Counted from the whole stretch's first letter, positions 13,295 through 26,230 are shown. The stretch is 63,310 nt of DNA, filler included, from Lenisia limosa (GCA_001655205.1; 16 parts of 16 records of this genome joined end to end with filler, not necessarily neighbours in it); one strand, 5' to 3'. Notes: generated by a model not told the origin, from the sequence alone. Numbers and translations are program-made.

Positions 13295-13669
13295 AGATGC
13301 CCTATTTACCCGCGCAGCGTGTTTCCCAGAATTTCCGCGGAATTCTGCGAAAACGGCCTTTTGTTCTGTAAAAAGCGTAGCGAAAAAAATAATATTCCAA
13401 AACTAGTTACGTTAAGCAAAAAAAATATATGTAAATGGTTTTTTTCTGGGTAAGATTGTTACATTTAATACAGCTATATGACCTTAAGAAATAGGAACAG
13501 GAAAAGGCCTGTTTAACATGAAAAGAATGGAGAAAACCACGTTCCAAAAACAATGCAACATAAAGGGGAAATATTACAGAGCGGCGCGAAAATCCGAGAG
13601 TTTTTTTCTGTGAATCTCGCCAAATGCTGTTTTTTTTTTGCGATTTCTGCGCGGTTAAATAGCGCATCT
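13295..13669. mobile_element. 375-bp TIR element family G; fragments at about 18105-18189 and 18345-18460
   Basis: AGATGCCCTATTTACCCGCGCAG ... CTGCGCGGTTAAATAGCGCATCT (21/23 inverted match). Confidence 0.75.
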
Positions 13670-14082
13670 TTAGTACGCTCTACAATTCAATCATGATGGC
13701 TGTGCTGCTCGTGGCCCCCTAATCCTCATGTCATTGCTGCCCCCCTCAGGATGGCTCATCTCAGCTTGCATTAAAACAAGTTACTAATATACAAGACTAA
13801 TTACTACTGTATAACATCAATTAAATAACCTACAACGTCAGAGAGAACAAAAACACATAGCGTGNNNNNNNNNNNNNNNNNNNNNNNNNNNNNNNNNNNN
13901 NNNNNNNNNNNNNNNNNNNNNNNNNNNNNNNNNNNNNNNNNNNNNNNNNNNNNNNNNNNNNNNNNNNNNNNNNNNNNNNNNNNNNNNNNNNNNNNNNNNN
14001 NNNNNNNNNNNNNNNNNNNNNNNNNNNNNNNTAGTATTATTATCTTCAAATTACCCCCACTCCCACCTATATTATCTCCTAC

Positions 14083-14570
14083 GAGAAGGTGACGGACCCT
14101 TGAGTTCCTCTGAAAGTAGGGGGGCAATTGGCCTGGTGGCGATGGGAGTTTTCGCCTTGGAAGTAACAGTGATTTCGGTTAGGGGGTACACCATCCATTA
14201 TTATCCCCCATACAAAACACAATAAAATAAGTGTTATCCCATCAAACATCCACCCAAACACTCACCACATGATCATCAAGCCTCGCTGGTGTTCTCGGGT
14301 CGAAAGAAACTTTCGGTCCCCCCTTAAACTGTGGAATGTTCACGGCTGGGACTGCGGGAGGTTGAAGGGGTACGTAGCCCGGGGACTTGACGTGCGCCGG
14401 CGATCGTTGGTAGTTACCATAAGAGGAAGGATTTGGATTGCCATATGCGGAGGTGTTACCATATAAGGAAGGTGCTGCTGCCGGTCGCGGGTTGGCAGAA
14501 AGATGGGGATTGGATTTGGGGGCAAAGGGAAGGGGAGTGAATTTTGTGGGAGTTTTCTTGAAGCGGTTTC
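14083..14570 (-). CDS. Pro/Asn/Tyr-rich exons of an unknown protein (..SLYGNTSAYGNPNPSSYGNYQRSP..REHQRGLMIM/WRKLPSPPGQLPPYFQRN)
   Basis: GC-rich open frame ending at a gtgagt donor; next exon in phase. Confidence 0.35.
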
Positions 14571-15516
14571 TTGCTGCAGGGTTGGGCGCTGAGGAATGAG
14601 GGTTTGGCGGTTATAATAACATATTTATATATGGTGACAGTGGTACCATGTGACAGATACTCTCTGACTGCCCTTTGAAAAATCAGTCAAAATATACTAC
14701 GATTAATGTGCATTTATGACGTATTTTAGCAGAGTTTCACTTAAGGAGTGGAATAAATATCAATATTATTGAGGATTTATGAGAATTCAGTCTTTTTTGG
14801 AACCAAAAGTGAAGCCCTCATCTTATGAAATAATGGTTAACAATATGAAAGTCAGAAATAAACAAGGCAGAAATACTCACTATTTGCAGGTGATGTGTCA
14901 CTTTCACTTTCATTGTCATTGGGAATAAACACAGAGCGTCGCATCGTCTCAACTATCTACATGTTTTAGGCAGAGTAATAATAGGACGGTTGCAGTATTT
15001 GGGGACACGTAGAAAGCTGTGTGCACAGAGTTGTAAAGGTGGCTTAATATTAGTATACCATATTACCTGTTAACTCTTATATGCATGGGTACGACTTCAG
15101 AAAGATAACACTTTTTCTCATTCTACAAAGATCTTTACCCCTTCCATTCCTCTTCCATATCCCTCCTTCCCTTTCTTCCGTCTTCAATAGCTTTCCCCTT
15201 TCCATACCTCTTCCATATCCTTCCTGAGGGCTTTTTGCTCACTTGGTGCCGGGAGCTCCTCAAAACTAAAGAGAAGGGGGTAAGAATGGAATATTTATTA
15301 AACAAAACAAGCAAAAACCAGAATCAACTCTATTGGCTAGCATTAGGAAGGGGGAAAATGATAGTTACAAAAAAAATAATATGATATGTAAATAATGGGC
15401 CGAGAACAGAATAGTAAATCTTGAATGTTTTTTTTTTGAGAAAATGATTTCAACAAGACCCCGCTTCCCCCACTCTTCTCCACCCTCCAAACAAATACAC
15501 AATCACCCACCCCCTT

Positions 15517-15805
15517 ACGCTTCCTCCAACGCATGACTGCGCTGTTTCAACTGGGCCATTTCCTTGAGCACCGTAATGGTAATTTCGGTCAGTTTCGACC
15601 GTGCCGCAGCCTCCGATGAGAGTTGGCCACTGACCCAATCTCGCAGGGGGCGGTCATTGAAGGGATCTCTGTAAGACGTCAAAATGGGAATTTGAGGGTT
15701 ATGAATTTTGTAGGGTGGCAAGTTACCATAATTGACTTGAATTGCCCGCCCCCCTTACGGTTGTCTAGAAGTACTAGCTTGCTGCTGTGCCAACGTTTCC
15801 AGCCT
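15517..15805 (-). CDS. Two exons of an unknown coiled-coil-like protein (RLETLAQQQASTSRQP / RDPFNDRPLRDWVSGQLSSEAAARSKLTEITITVLKEMAQLKQRSHALEEA)
   Basis: AG/GT-bounded GC-rich blocks with gtaagg donors. Confidence 0.35.
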
Positions 15806-15881
15806 ACATAGTTATTTCATGTCCACCCCAGAAGAGAGGCAATATGAAGTTGTGTGCGGGTGGGGGAGCAGGGGGAAAGAC

Positions 15882-15981
15882 TAGAGCTTCACTTTGGGTT
15901 CCAAAAAAGACTGAATCCTCGATAAATCCTCGATAAATATCGATATTTTATCTGTCTTTTGGAACCAAAACTGAAGTTCAA
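15882..15981. mobile_element. hAT-type MITE family A
   Basis: TSD ggaaagac/ggaaacac. Confidence 0.85.
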
Positions 15982-16226
15982 GGAAACACGACCCATTTAC
16001 CTAATTGTCGACCCTTAGTACTCACTTNNNNNNNNNNNNNNNNNNNNNNNNNNNNNNNNNNNNNNNNNNNNTTAATTAATTAANNNNNNNNNNNNNNNNN
16101 NNNNNNNNNNNNNNNNNNNNNNNNNNNTCAGATGATTCGGTTCGTGATTAGTCCTTCATTTTACACCCCTCTTTTTCTCTTTTTATCAAGTTTCACCCTA
16201 CCACTTTGTTTCACAAACTTCTTCAG

Positions 16227-17470
16227 AACCAATTTGAGGGTGCTTGAGTCGCAGCTGATACAACGCCATCGCAAACTCACGGCAATCGAAGAGGAGAAGC
16301 TGAGGAAGGTTTGCCACCTTGAAAATACCCGTTTTATAGTTGATTTTAAAGAGAGAGAGAGAGAGTGAGTGAGTGAGTGGGGGATTGGATGTAACAAATA
16401 AAAAGCCCAGAATCAAGGGGTAAATTCGGAATTTCCCCCCTATTCCTCCGTGGATTAAATTCTTAATTTTGAGTGTAACACTCCAGGCTGAGGCCAAGTC
16501 CATGATGGCGGAATCGGTGAAGTTATGGAGGGAGGTCCAAGAGGACAACTTGGCCGTCGTTTCAGCCAAAGTTGGGGGTATTTCGTGAAAAGACAATCCA
16601 GATTTATAATTTGGGCGCCTGCTATTTATCAAGAACTAAGGCTCAATGTGACCTCTACAAAATCAAATATACCAAGTCAATGGGACATATGCTCATGATA
16701 TTGTTACATAATTCCAAGTAACTTTTCAGGAAAAGCTGTTGAGCAAATTGGAGAAGAATAAGAAGATAGAGGAGAGTGAGGAAAGCGACTCAGATTCTGA
16801 TGAAGAAAAGGAGGATGGGGAAGAAGAAAGGGAGGAGGAGACAAAGAAAGAAGAAGAAGAAGAAGAGAAGATGAAGGGAGAGGAAAAAATTGAAGACAAG
16901 GAAGAAGAGATGAAAGAGAAGGAAGAAGAGAAGATGAGGGTAGAGGAAAAAATTGAAGATAAGGACGAAGAGATGGAAGAAAAGGAAGAAGAGAATGAAG
17001 AAGAGAGGATGAGGGGAGAGGAAAAAATTGAAGACAAGGAAGAAGAGATGGAAGAGAAGGAAGAAGAGAAGATGAAGGAAGAGGAAAAAATTGAAGACAA
17101 GGAAGAAGAGATGGACGAAGAGATGGAAGAAGAGAAGAAAGATATGAAAGAAGAGAAGGAAGAAGAAAGTCATGAAGGCAATGAAGGAGATAAAGAGGGA
17201 GAAGAAGAGGAAGAGAAACATGCTGTTGATATGAAGAGGGAAGAGGACAATGAAGTAGAGGAAGTGATAGAAAAGGTACAGGAAGAGAAGGTAGATGAAG
17301 AGGAGCATGATCGTGATACTGTGGAGAAGGAAGAAGAAGAGGCTAAAGAAGAGGATAAGGAAGATGAAGAAGCAAAAGAAGATGGAGAGGAAGAAAAGGA
17401 AGACAAGAACGAACAAACGAAGCATGTGGGAGGAGGCGCCAAGCGTAGGCGAAGGAAGAAGAAACATTAG
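16227..17470 (+). CDS. 3' part of a gene for a Glu/Lys-rich acidic protein with an internal repeat and basic C-terminal NLS-like tail (AKRRRRKKKH)
   Basis: Exons 16227-16308, 16487-16570 and 16730-17470 join in frame; the last exon is the 243-aa ORF with repeats of EEKMKGEEKIEDKEEEMEEKEE. Confidence 0.75.
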
Positions 17471-18197
17471 ACTCCTCATATTTATTTCTATCTGATTTAG
17501 TTTTCTTTACTCAATTTGACGCTTGTTTTGGGACTCTGTATTGCCATAATTTCACCGTAATCGCCTCATCATTCATTAAATAAAAAATCAGTAGTACCAT
17601 ATCAGAAATTCATACCATAACAACAAACCTACTTCCCAAATAACCTAGATATAGATGGTTGATTGCTTGGGGGTGGCTTCTTTCCCGATTTCGCCTGATG
17701 TGTGAGGATCATAAAATCAATTTACAAAGAGCTCTTAGAAATGGCAATTACACGATGATGCCCATATTAACAAAAACGAATAGGCTTACTTTTGGCATGC
17801 TAAATTTCCTCTTTGGAAGAGTGTGAGCAGGCGCTCCCAACCCTATACATTTAGAAGTAGAGGTGCGAAAGACGAGAGACATCGAATTAGCAATAGAGAC
17901 CACTCACTATTAACCTCAGGTTGCCTGGCTGGTGGCTTCTTTTGTACCTCTGAGGAGGTAAAATCCTTCATGTTTTTGCTCATCTAGTCCATACAAGATA
18001 ACTAAGTGAATATACAGAAGACGTAGCTGATGGCTTTGATCAAATGAACTCAAATATTTCCTACATATTCACCATTTTTATACTATCGTAGATTGTATCT
18101 AGTATAAAAATCCCGTGAAAATTAATGCTGCTTTGTTTCGCGAAAATGCTGCAAAAATGCTATTTTTCTGCGCATGTAAATGGGCATCTGTAATAAC

Positions 18198-18297
18198 TAG
18201 GGTTTCACTTCGGTTCGAAAACTACCGGTAAAATAGCGACAGTTTTCGAAGATTTATCGAGAAATTCAGTCTTTTTTCGAACCGAATTGAAGCCTTA
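18198..18297. mobile_element. hAT-type MITE family A
   Basis: TSD gtaataac/gtaatgac. Confidence 0.88.
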
Positions 18298-19430
18298 GTA
18301 ATGACCTGTGCAACGATACCTATTCGTTATATACGGAAGAAACCAGCATTTTCGCGGATTTTCGCGGCGCTTTGTAACATTATATATTCCCATTGTTTGT
18401 TGAAATGTGGAACGTCACCAGTTTTGAATATTAGTTTGCTGCGCGGGTAAATAGGGCATTAACAGACGACATACGTATCGAAGATCGACGGGGTGGAGAA
18501 ACCACTGTTGTTAACGGTTTTCTCGGGGTGTGGGTCGGCGGCCTATTTAGGTCAGTCTCTAGATACAGCACTATTGTGTTTTATGATAAAATGTGTAACA
18601 CCGTGTGATAATAAAAAAATAAAATAACACCGACCTCCCTCAAATGTCATATTATCATAACTTTGCCTCGCCCCCACCCCAAATATTATTATGACCTTTA
18701 CCCCACATGTAGTCGGTAGGCAAAGGCTGGGTCTCTTCAAGGCTATTGGCTGTGTTTTCTTGGGGAAGCTACATAGTAAGATCCTGCAGCAATAGGTGTT
18801 CATCTTCATTTTTCAGTTAATTACACAAGCCCCCATTATTTACCGTCGATACTACTTGCTGAACCACATATCATCATATAATGACCTTTCCGCTCGCCCC
18901 TCCCCCTCCCTGTAAATCTGATGTCCCCTCTCTGTAAATCTGATGTCCCCTCCNNNNNNNNNNNNNNNNNNNNNNNNNNNNNNNNNNNNNNNNNNNNTTA
19001 ATTAATTAANNNNNNNNNNNNNNNNNNNNNNNNNNNNNNNNNNNNNNNNNNNNGACTAGAGAATGCTGGCCATGGCCCATTTTCAGCCTCTTATCTCGTC
19101 CCCTGCTCAACATAATCTTGCTTCCATCATAATTTTGTTTTCAAAACGGCCTTGGACTGTCTTGTTGGAAAGTTGTGTGTTGGCCAAATTGATTTATGGC
19201 GGTAAGGTGATGTCCGGGAGGATGCCGTTGATAGTCCTGGGTGAGTTTGGTCCACACAATTTCTTGAAAAATTTAAAGGTAATCCACACTAATCATCTGA
19301 AAACATACCTTCCATCCGGAAAGTTCTTACTTGAAATTGAAAAAAATAATATAAAAAAAACAGATTTATTAACTTATCAGCCTAATTCATACCTTTTAAT
19401 CAAATATGATACCTTACAGTAACATACCTC

Positions 19431-19724
19431 AGGATAGGCTGGATGACCTCGTTGGCACGCTTCAGTTCGCCTTCCGGAATGCAAGTCAGAAGCTGTGTCC
19501 CAGAGGATGAGGTGTCCGAGGAATTGTACAGTTCCCCAAAGACCTCATGGAGCTCGGAGTTGTTCTGAAAAGATGAGAATGATTTCGGCATTACTGATTT
19601 GCATCGGATACAATGCTTGAAACATCATCTCCTGGTCTTTATCTGACAATATAGGCGAACCTTTAATTTTTTGATGAAAGCCAAGGCGAAGTAGCTGCTC
19701 GAGGAGATGGGAGCAGGAGGTTGC
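19431..19724 (-). CDS. Unknown coding exons, possibly decayed (LLEQLLRLGFHQKIKGSPILSDKDQEMMFQALYPMQI / NNSELHEVFGELYNSS..EGELKRANEVIQPILR)
   Basis: Protein-like frames with a gtatgt donor; the junction between them is not resolved. Confidence 0.3.
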
Positions 19725-20420
19725 TGCTGCTGATAGCAGGAATAATAAAATTGACATTATCGATGACAAAGAGCGCAGTCCGTCGTACTCTGGGGGAGTG
19801 AAGATCTCTATAGAGACGCTGGCGGACGTCTATTTGAAAAAGACCCTGTCCAATGGAACCACCCTTCCCTTGAGGTTGGGAGTACCTAAGATAGTCCAAG
19901 TGTAGGTGGCCCGCGAGGGACAATATTACAAGCTACCCGGACCTTGCAGTCAAAGTCCGCTGTTAAAGGAAGTTGGGCCATTCATTGCGTCCATCAGGAG
20001 GTATTCCCTCGGACTAACATGCCTTAAGCGGATACGGCCGGGAGCGCAGTAAAAGAAATCCTACTTGACTAACCAAGACATTTCAAAGCTCTTATACTAA
20101 AGAGATCAATTCTGGCCTTTTGAACGGTTCGGATCTTCACAGCCCAGGAAGGTGAGTCGGGTAGGGTAACCCCCTAGTGCAAAGTGGCCCTCAGGTCTAA
20201 CCAACATATCAGATCACCGGTTATTTGAAATCGGGACTGTGAAGCCTTATCGTCAAGTTTGGACCAGATGCTATAGGTGCATTGCCTGCTGTAACACTTC
20301 GAACGTACCCAGGTTTGGTTATTTAAAACATAGCTAAAAGGTGAGACCATCGCAAAAATCTCTTCAGGAGGGTGTAAGGACTAATTAGGATAGGGGTTGG
20401 GCCGAGAAAATCTGATGCCT

Positions 20421-21830
20421 CTAATCATCAGCGGGACTCGCTCTTTTGAGAGCTCTTCTTACTAGCTGTCTTCTTTGGGGTAAGACCAACTCCAAGTATT
20501 CGATTACTCGCTTGAAGTTCTTTTTGTAGAATGCCCGTCTCTCTGAGTAACTCTCACCCACGTCTCCGTAGATAAGCGATTTAGCAAAGCCATTCACTTT
20601 GACTAACTTCACCCCAGCTCGAGGAACTCCAGGAATCCCAGATGAGTGGAGATCTGTCGTATGCGAACTTTCAGCGAACACGCGTGTACTACTGGTGATA
20701 TTTTCAACAAGCAGTACTGCGAGATTTGCTTCGGCTTGTAATTAACGGTTCAACATGGCCTCCCACGCGCTCAAACCTTGAACCCCGGAGTTCGCCACTT
20801 CTGGCGTGTTCTCAAACCACGTAGTAAACTCAATCAGTGTCTCCTTCTGTTCTGCTTCAAAGGTCGGACACTCAAGGATGAGGTGCGCAAAAAAAAAAGT
20901 CTCTTCAAGGCCTTGGCCAGATCGGGGACAGTTTCGATATAGAACTTTCAAATCAGTGTTACCGCGTTCCGCCTTCAGTACTCCTGATACTGACTCGTTC
21001 CAGCGATAACCCTCAAGGAATCGTTTCGCTTTGACCTGAGAAGCCGAAACATGAGTATTCCTACGGCTCATGTTTCGGCTTCTCAGATAAGCCTTTCTGA
21101 GCGTGCTCAAAGAAGGTTTTATCTTTCTCTGCCGTCCTCTTTAGTCTCATGTCACCCGGTAGTGCAATCTCCAGCTCTGTGGGGGGTTTGATTCCACGTT
21201 CAATCACCTTGGTCGCAGCAATTTTTAGCCTTGAAATCTACGTATCGCATTCCACATGTCAACGAGGAGACCATTCTGGACCTGCGATGTACGCATTTTC
21301 AACCCGAAGCTGTAAACGGCACAGGCCCAACGGCCCTCATCTACAAGAATGCCTACGTCGGTCATCAGTACGGAAGTGGCGACAGTTGATTGTGATTAAG
21401 ACGTGAAAATTAGCTTAATGAACCTCCTCAGTTGCTGGTCTAGGACCTCACTGAAGCCAACGACCTAATTTCAATCATGTAGTCTACCACTGGAAGCAGA
21501 TAGGTGTTGACAATGCCTACTTCCATAGACGTCGGTACCTTGGAATTTAGCAGCAGAAAACTGAAGTGCTTAAACCTAGCCTCCACGCTGAGCGACGAAA
21601 GCTCCCTCAGTACCATCGTTTGTGATAATGACCCCCAAGTAGTACTCATCTACGAAGGGAATTGGCACAACCCAATCATAACGCTTAGAGCCGTCGCAAG
21701 CATACGAACCCCGAGGAGATCAAAGCTGGATGGACAGAGCGCGGACCAGACCAGACTGCAGAAAAGAATCTCTACAGATACGAACAATATAGTGTCAAGC
21801 AAACTGTGACTATTCTTAACCATACTGATG
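20421..21830 (-). mobile_element. Decayed, 5'-truncated non-LTR retrotransposon (LINE): end of RT/thumb region plus C-terminal CCHC zinc knuckle
   Basis: Across frameshifts and stops it reads IPFVDEY-YLGVIITNDG, KVPTSMEVGIVNTYLLPVVDYMIEI, LDQQLRRFIKLIF, STVATSVLMTDVGIL and CPRSGQGLEETFFFAHLILECPTF. It is intronless and GC-richer than its surroundings. Confidence 0.75.
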
Positions 21831-22083
21831 CTGAGCAAAAAAGGTAGTAATGGTATCAACAAAAAGTGGCTGGGCAACCACAAAGCACAAAAAAACAAAA
21901 CAAAGGGGCACAAATTATATAAAATAGAGATGAGGGGTACAAGGGTTCAGTTTCCCAGATCACCTTTATAATATGTACCCCCCATTACGAGTATATCATA
22001 TCATATATTAGCGAAAGTGATCTTATCAACCCACTCGTCAATAAATTGGAAGTCCCAAAGCCGAGTACGTCCATCTTTATAAC

Positions 22084-22975
22084 CTTGCTAGCAACCATCT
22101 CGAATGTGCACATATCTCCAAGGATGAAAGCGTAAGGTCGAAAGCCGTAGTCAACAAGATCAAAGCACAGTTCAGAACCGAGAGCGTCAGCGGAGAGCTT
22201 GTTGGTAGCGGTGTTAGCGGAGTCCTTGGCATCTTCTTGGCGATCCATGTTTTTGAATGCGATATTCTTGTTGGCAAGGAACATGAAAGTGGTGGCATGA
22301 GGCTGTTGAAGCCTATTGACTGAATTTGGTTTTTCTTTTGAATGTTTTCAAGAGAGAACAGAAAAGAATAGAATACAATCGTATGAGCCCAAATAAAACA
22401 ATCCAACCAACTACTTCTCGCTTTCGCTTTCATACCTTGGAGTAGCGCGTGTCATGATCTTGCCATCCTTTAGCTCGTAGATCTCCTTTCCGTAGCCCTT
22501 GAGGAAACTGTCGTAGTGCTGTAAGGTTAATAACTGTGGCAAACATCCCCCCTCCCCCAAATAAATAATTAATAAAAATTGAGTATAAGATATCATACTA
22601 TATAGTATATCATATAGTACATATCATATATTGCAAGAATAAATATTGACACTGTTGGGAGATTAAATAAAAACGCAATATGAACATAGGTGCTCTCGGA
22701 GGTGATCTCGTCAGCAGGCTTATAAACTTTGCAAGTGAGCGGCCTTCAAAGGAGTACCGGAGAGAACAGTATCAAGAGTGTTTACCAGATGTCTCATGGA
22801 TCTTTAAAATAAACACAAAACAAAGAAAACGTAACCTTAACAATACAAAAAAAAAAAAAAATCATTCATACCTTGAAAGTGGGGTGCCATCAATGCTGAA
22901 CTTCACAGGAAGGGACTGGTTGGAGGAGCGAAGATCCTTCTTCACAGTAGCATTGCGCGATTTGAGTGGGAGACT
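22084..22975 (-). pseudogene. Four-exon gene fragment with a TPR-like segment (FLANKNIAFKNMDRQEDAKDSANTA) and one frameshift
   Basis: Exons splice in phase (..PLS/RSMRHL..; ..TRATP/RLQQPH..), but the frame breaks at about 22730 (CAA AGT TTA TAA versus VYKPADEITSESTY). Confidence 0.4.
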
Positions 22976-23653
22976 TAATAGCAAGAGGATCGAGAGTCAC
23001 GAGATGGGAGAGAAAGGGATGAGGAGTTTTCTCAACTTACCCTGATCATTTGATTAAGAAACACTTCTTTTGTACGCTAGTCGATCTGATAAACAGAAGA
23101 AAGGCTCTGGAGGTTATTTAAACGATGTGAAAAGCTTAAAATGACGACCTCAGAGTAGCACTTGGTGCATCCCTTCCCATTTGAGGTCTTACGGGAACAC
23201 CACTACTGGGTAGAGCAGGGTGGATCTGCATTTGGTCTTTTTACCTTTACTGGGCTACCCCTCCATCAAATCAAGGGCGCTCCTCACTAAAACTGTTCCA
23301 ATCATTGTATAGTAAAAAAACAACAACAACAAAAAAAAAAAAAANNNNNNNNNNNNNNNNNNNNNNNNNNNNNNNNNNNNNNNNNNNNNNNNNNNNNNNN
23401 NNGAACATTTGGCACAAAAATTCTACTATTGCGCCACAGTGTCTAGAATGTCCTTCGGTAGAATAGGAATACCTGTGATCTCCATTTTCTGAACAAGATC
23501 AAGAGAAATGTTGGTCAAAACATTGAAAAAGTTGGAATCTTAAAAATAATGTCTTTGTGTCCCCATTTTTTACCATTCATCTATGGCCTTACACTAGCAT
23601 CATGACAGTACCACCTTAAGAATGGGACCCGTATTGAAAACTAGTATACCCAC

Positions 23654-23879
23654 ATCAAATTTGACTGAGGAAACAAGGTTTCTATGAGCAGGAATTGAAT
23701 AACAACAGAGTTTTTTCCTGATATCCCAGATCCTCAGTGATTGATCTTCTCCACCAGAAGCAAGATAGAAGCCATTCGGATGCCAATCACAGGATAAAAT
23801 AGAATTAATATGTCCTTGAAGCTGAGCAATCTTACGGCCAGTCCTCAAATCCCAAAGTAATACAGTTGAGTCACCCCCT
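23654..23879 (-). CDS. PRPF4: WD40 exon of a U4/U6 snRNP Prp4-like protein (flanking exons not recovered; may be a decayed copy)
   Basis: GGDSTVLLWDLRTGRKIAQLQGHINSILSCDWHPNGFYLASGGEDQSLRIWDIRKKLCCYSIPAHRNLVSSVKFD matches the Prp4 signature WDLRTGR..L.GH...F.PNGY..A.G..D...+WD+R......IPAH.NLV..VKF. Confidence 0.8.
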
Positions 23880-24444
23880 CTAAAAAAGATAAAGTGAGCA
23901 ATATTCAAATTTTTTTAAAAGAAAGATAATAGATGAGATGTACATGTAAACCTATCCCCATTCTCCTATTTACTGTTGGCCATATATTATACATAATATC
24001 ATATAGTAATACTAAATATGATATGCATATGGTAATATTATATCCTTATGAGGACCAAGGAGGTGGACCATACTGATCCAAGGTAACGGTACTCCTATCA
24101 TTTCGAAAAAAAAATATATTATATATCGATATATTATACTATATTATATGTATTTTGATGAAAATGAGTATTATTTACTAGTTCATATGATCTAGTTTAC
24201 CATTTACTGCATTTTCTCAAAAAATTGAGCAGAACGGTTACATGACGTCAGTCCATTTCACATAGTTTCTTGATACTGCATTTAATGCTGTTCAACTCTC
24301 CAATATTTTAATTCAATTTACTAAGACTTTATATTATTTTTTCACTGGGTGCAGTATTCGCTAACATTATCACATGCAAGGAATCACGAATTCTATTATC
24401 TAGGACAGGTGGAATGTGAGCGGATTGCCACCCATGCCGCCAAG

Positions 24445-24809
24445 ATGGTCAGAGCTCGAGGCACCGCTGCTCCCAAGACTGCCCCCAAGGCTTCTGCCCC
24501 CAAGCGTGAGAGAAATCCTAAGAATGTGCTGAGTGTAACGGAGATGTGCTGAGTGTAACTTAATTAACAACAACTGCACAACAGAAATAAAGAGAGGAAA
24601 AAAAATAAAATAAATTTTATAGCCTGGAAATTGCACGACTTCCTCAGGAAACCCGTGGTTTTGCATTTTCTGATTGTACATGGGTGAAGTAGATTAAAAA
24701 GGGGTGTAAGTGGGTGGCAGCGACGGGACATCGGCTTGGCAAGTCAGTCAACAAGGAATTGGGTACCAGCTCCTGGATGCTACAAGCGGCTTCACGGTCC
24801 TAACCTGGA
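24445..24809 (+). CDS. Unknown gene, three exons; Ala/Pro/Lys-rich N-terminus (MVRARGTAAPKTAPKASAPKRERNPKNVLTWKLHDFLRKPVVLHFLIVHGDGTSAWQ..)
   Basis: In-phase splicing over AG/GT sites, including a 37-nt intron. Confidence 0.35.
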
Positions 24810-24975
24810 GGTAAAATACAAGAATTTTCAAGTTTATTCAAGAGACTGAGCGGCCTAAAAGTGACCTAAAGAGCAAGGGTAATCCGTGAATTGGTAAATA
24901 AAGCTAAAAGATTGAACCTCTTCTTTTTCTAATAACTCATGCAATAATATGCTACATAGGTAAGTATTGCTTACC

Positions 24976-25540
24976 ATGAAGAGTTGATGGGCCAAATGTT
25001 GTTCTCCTTGACAAACAGCTACTCGTCGACTCAGCTCCCCAACAACCCAGACCGTGTCCACTGCACACATTGTGGCTGAGCCACCATGGCCTCAAATCGC
25101 TTCTCAGCAATCTAGAAATATGAAAAATCCTTCAACAAATCAATAACAAACCATGTCATAGTACTGCTTAGAGACGTTGCGAGCCCCTTGTCAACCCTTG
25201 GCCAGCTCCATTATGAACCGAGACACCTCCTCATGGAAAGCCTCCCCCCCCCCNNNNNNNNNNNNNNNNNNNNNNNNNNNNNNNNNNNNNNNNNNNNNNN
25301 NNNNNNNNNNNNNNNNNNNNNNNNNNNNNNNNNNNNNNNNNNNNNNNNNNNNNNNNNNNTCTCTGTCGCGCTCTTGCCATCAGTAGACATGTAGCTGGCG
25401 TCGAACTCACAAAGTGCAAGAGCCACGTCCCTAGCAGAGTTCTTCTCAATGCCAACAGGCTCTTCTACTCCTTCAACCAGCCTCACAGAATGTGCCAAAA
25501 TCCAGCGGCCTCCCATTTTTCCAGGTGCTGTCATATGACT
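24976..25540 (-). pseudogene. Decayed multi-exon gene of unknown family with in-frame TGA/TAG codons
   Basis: Coding-like frames (EAFHEEVSRFIMELAKG*QGARNV; IAEKRFEAMVAQPQ..GS*VDE*LFVKENNIW) interrupted by stops. Confidence 0.4.
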
Positions 25541-26230
25541 TAGGCAGTAAGAAGAATTGTTTGTAAATGTTCAATCAAACCGATTGGGTAGATGCCTTGA
25601 CAACTTCTAAAGAGGATGTGGAAATGGTTTTTACTCTAAACAGTAAACACTACGGAAAATGTCAAACTTGGCGACTGCAGGCTTGTCCATGAATGAAAAC
25701 AAAAACGAAATACAATCGACAAATGCTGTGAACTAAAAAGCTAATCGTTACAAAAAGTGAAGAATATCTTGAAAAATCCTGCAAAAAAGGTTAAATATAA
25801 ATTATACGGGCCCATGGCCTTGAGCGAAGGGCGATGTAGAGCAAAACCAAATCAAAGGGGATAAGAACCTGAATGATAAAAAAACCATCAAAAGATACTC
25901 AATAGTTTTATTAATAATCCGGGTAGCTTCCAGAAACCAGGAAACTACGTCATCTTTACACGCCAAATCAAGACTAAAAACAGAAAAAAATGCTCATGAC
26001 AAGAAATACACCACACGACTTTTCCAAGCCTGCGGCTGGGAGGACTCCCCGAATTGTTTTTTTTCGTTTCCTTGATGGCATCCGTTTCTTTCTTAACAAA
26101 GATTAAATTGTTATTGCTCCATTTCCTGGCAACGGGTAGACGGCAGCACAAATTTTGGCAGGGTATTTCGGGATCCTTTTTTGGGGAATGATGGTTTGCT
26201 TCTCGTTTGCCCCTTCTCATTTTCCATATA

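Noticed and set aside
16790-17479. 229-aa Phe/Leu-rich 'membrane protein' and Ser-rich ORFs on the minus strand
   Set aside because: They are antisense shadows of the Glu/Lys-rich exon.
19900-19985. HDV-like ribozyme next to the LINE (GGCCC..TCCCTCGCGGGCC on the minus strand)
   Set aside because: A P1-like pairing exists, but P3, P1.1 GG and P2 could not be placed; only a covariance-model search could rescue it.
24445-24530. Ribosomal protein or histone call for MVRARGTAAPKTAPKASAPK
   Set aside because: Only compositional similarity; the spliced continuation matches no such family that I recognise.
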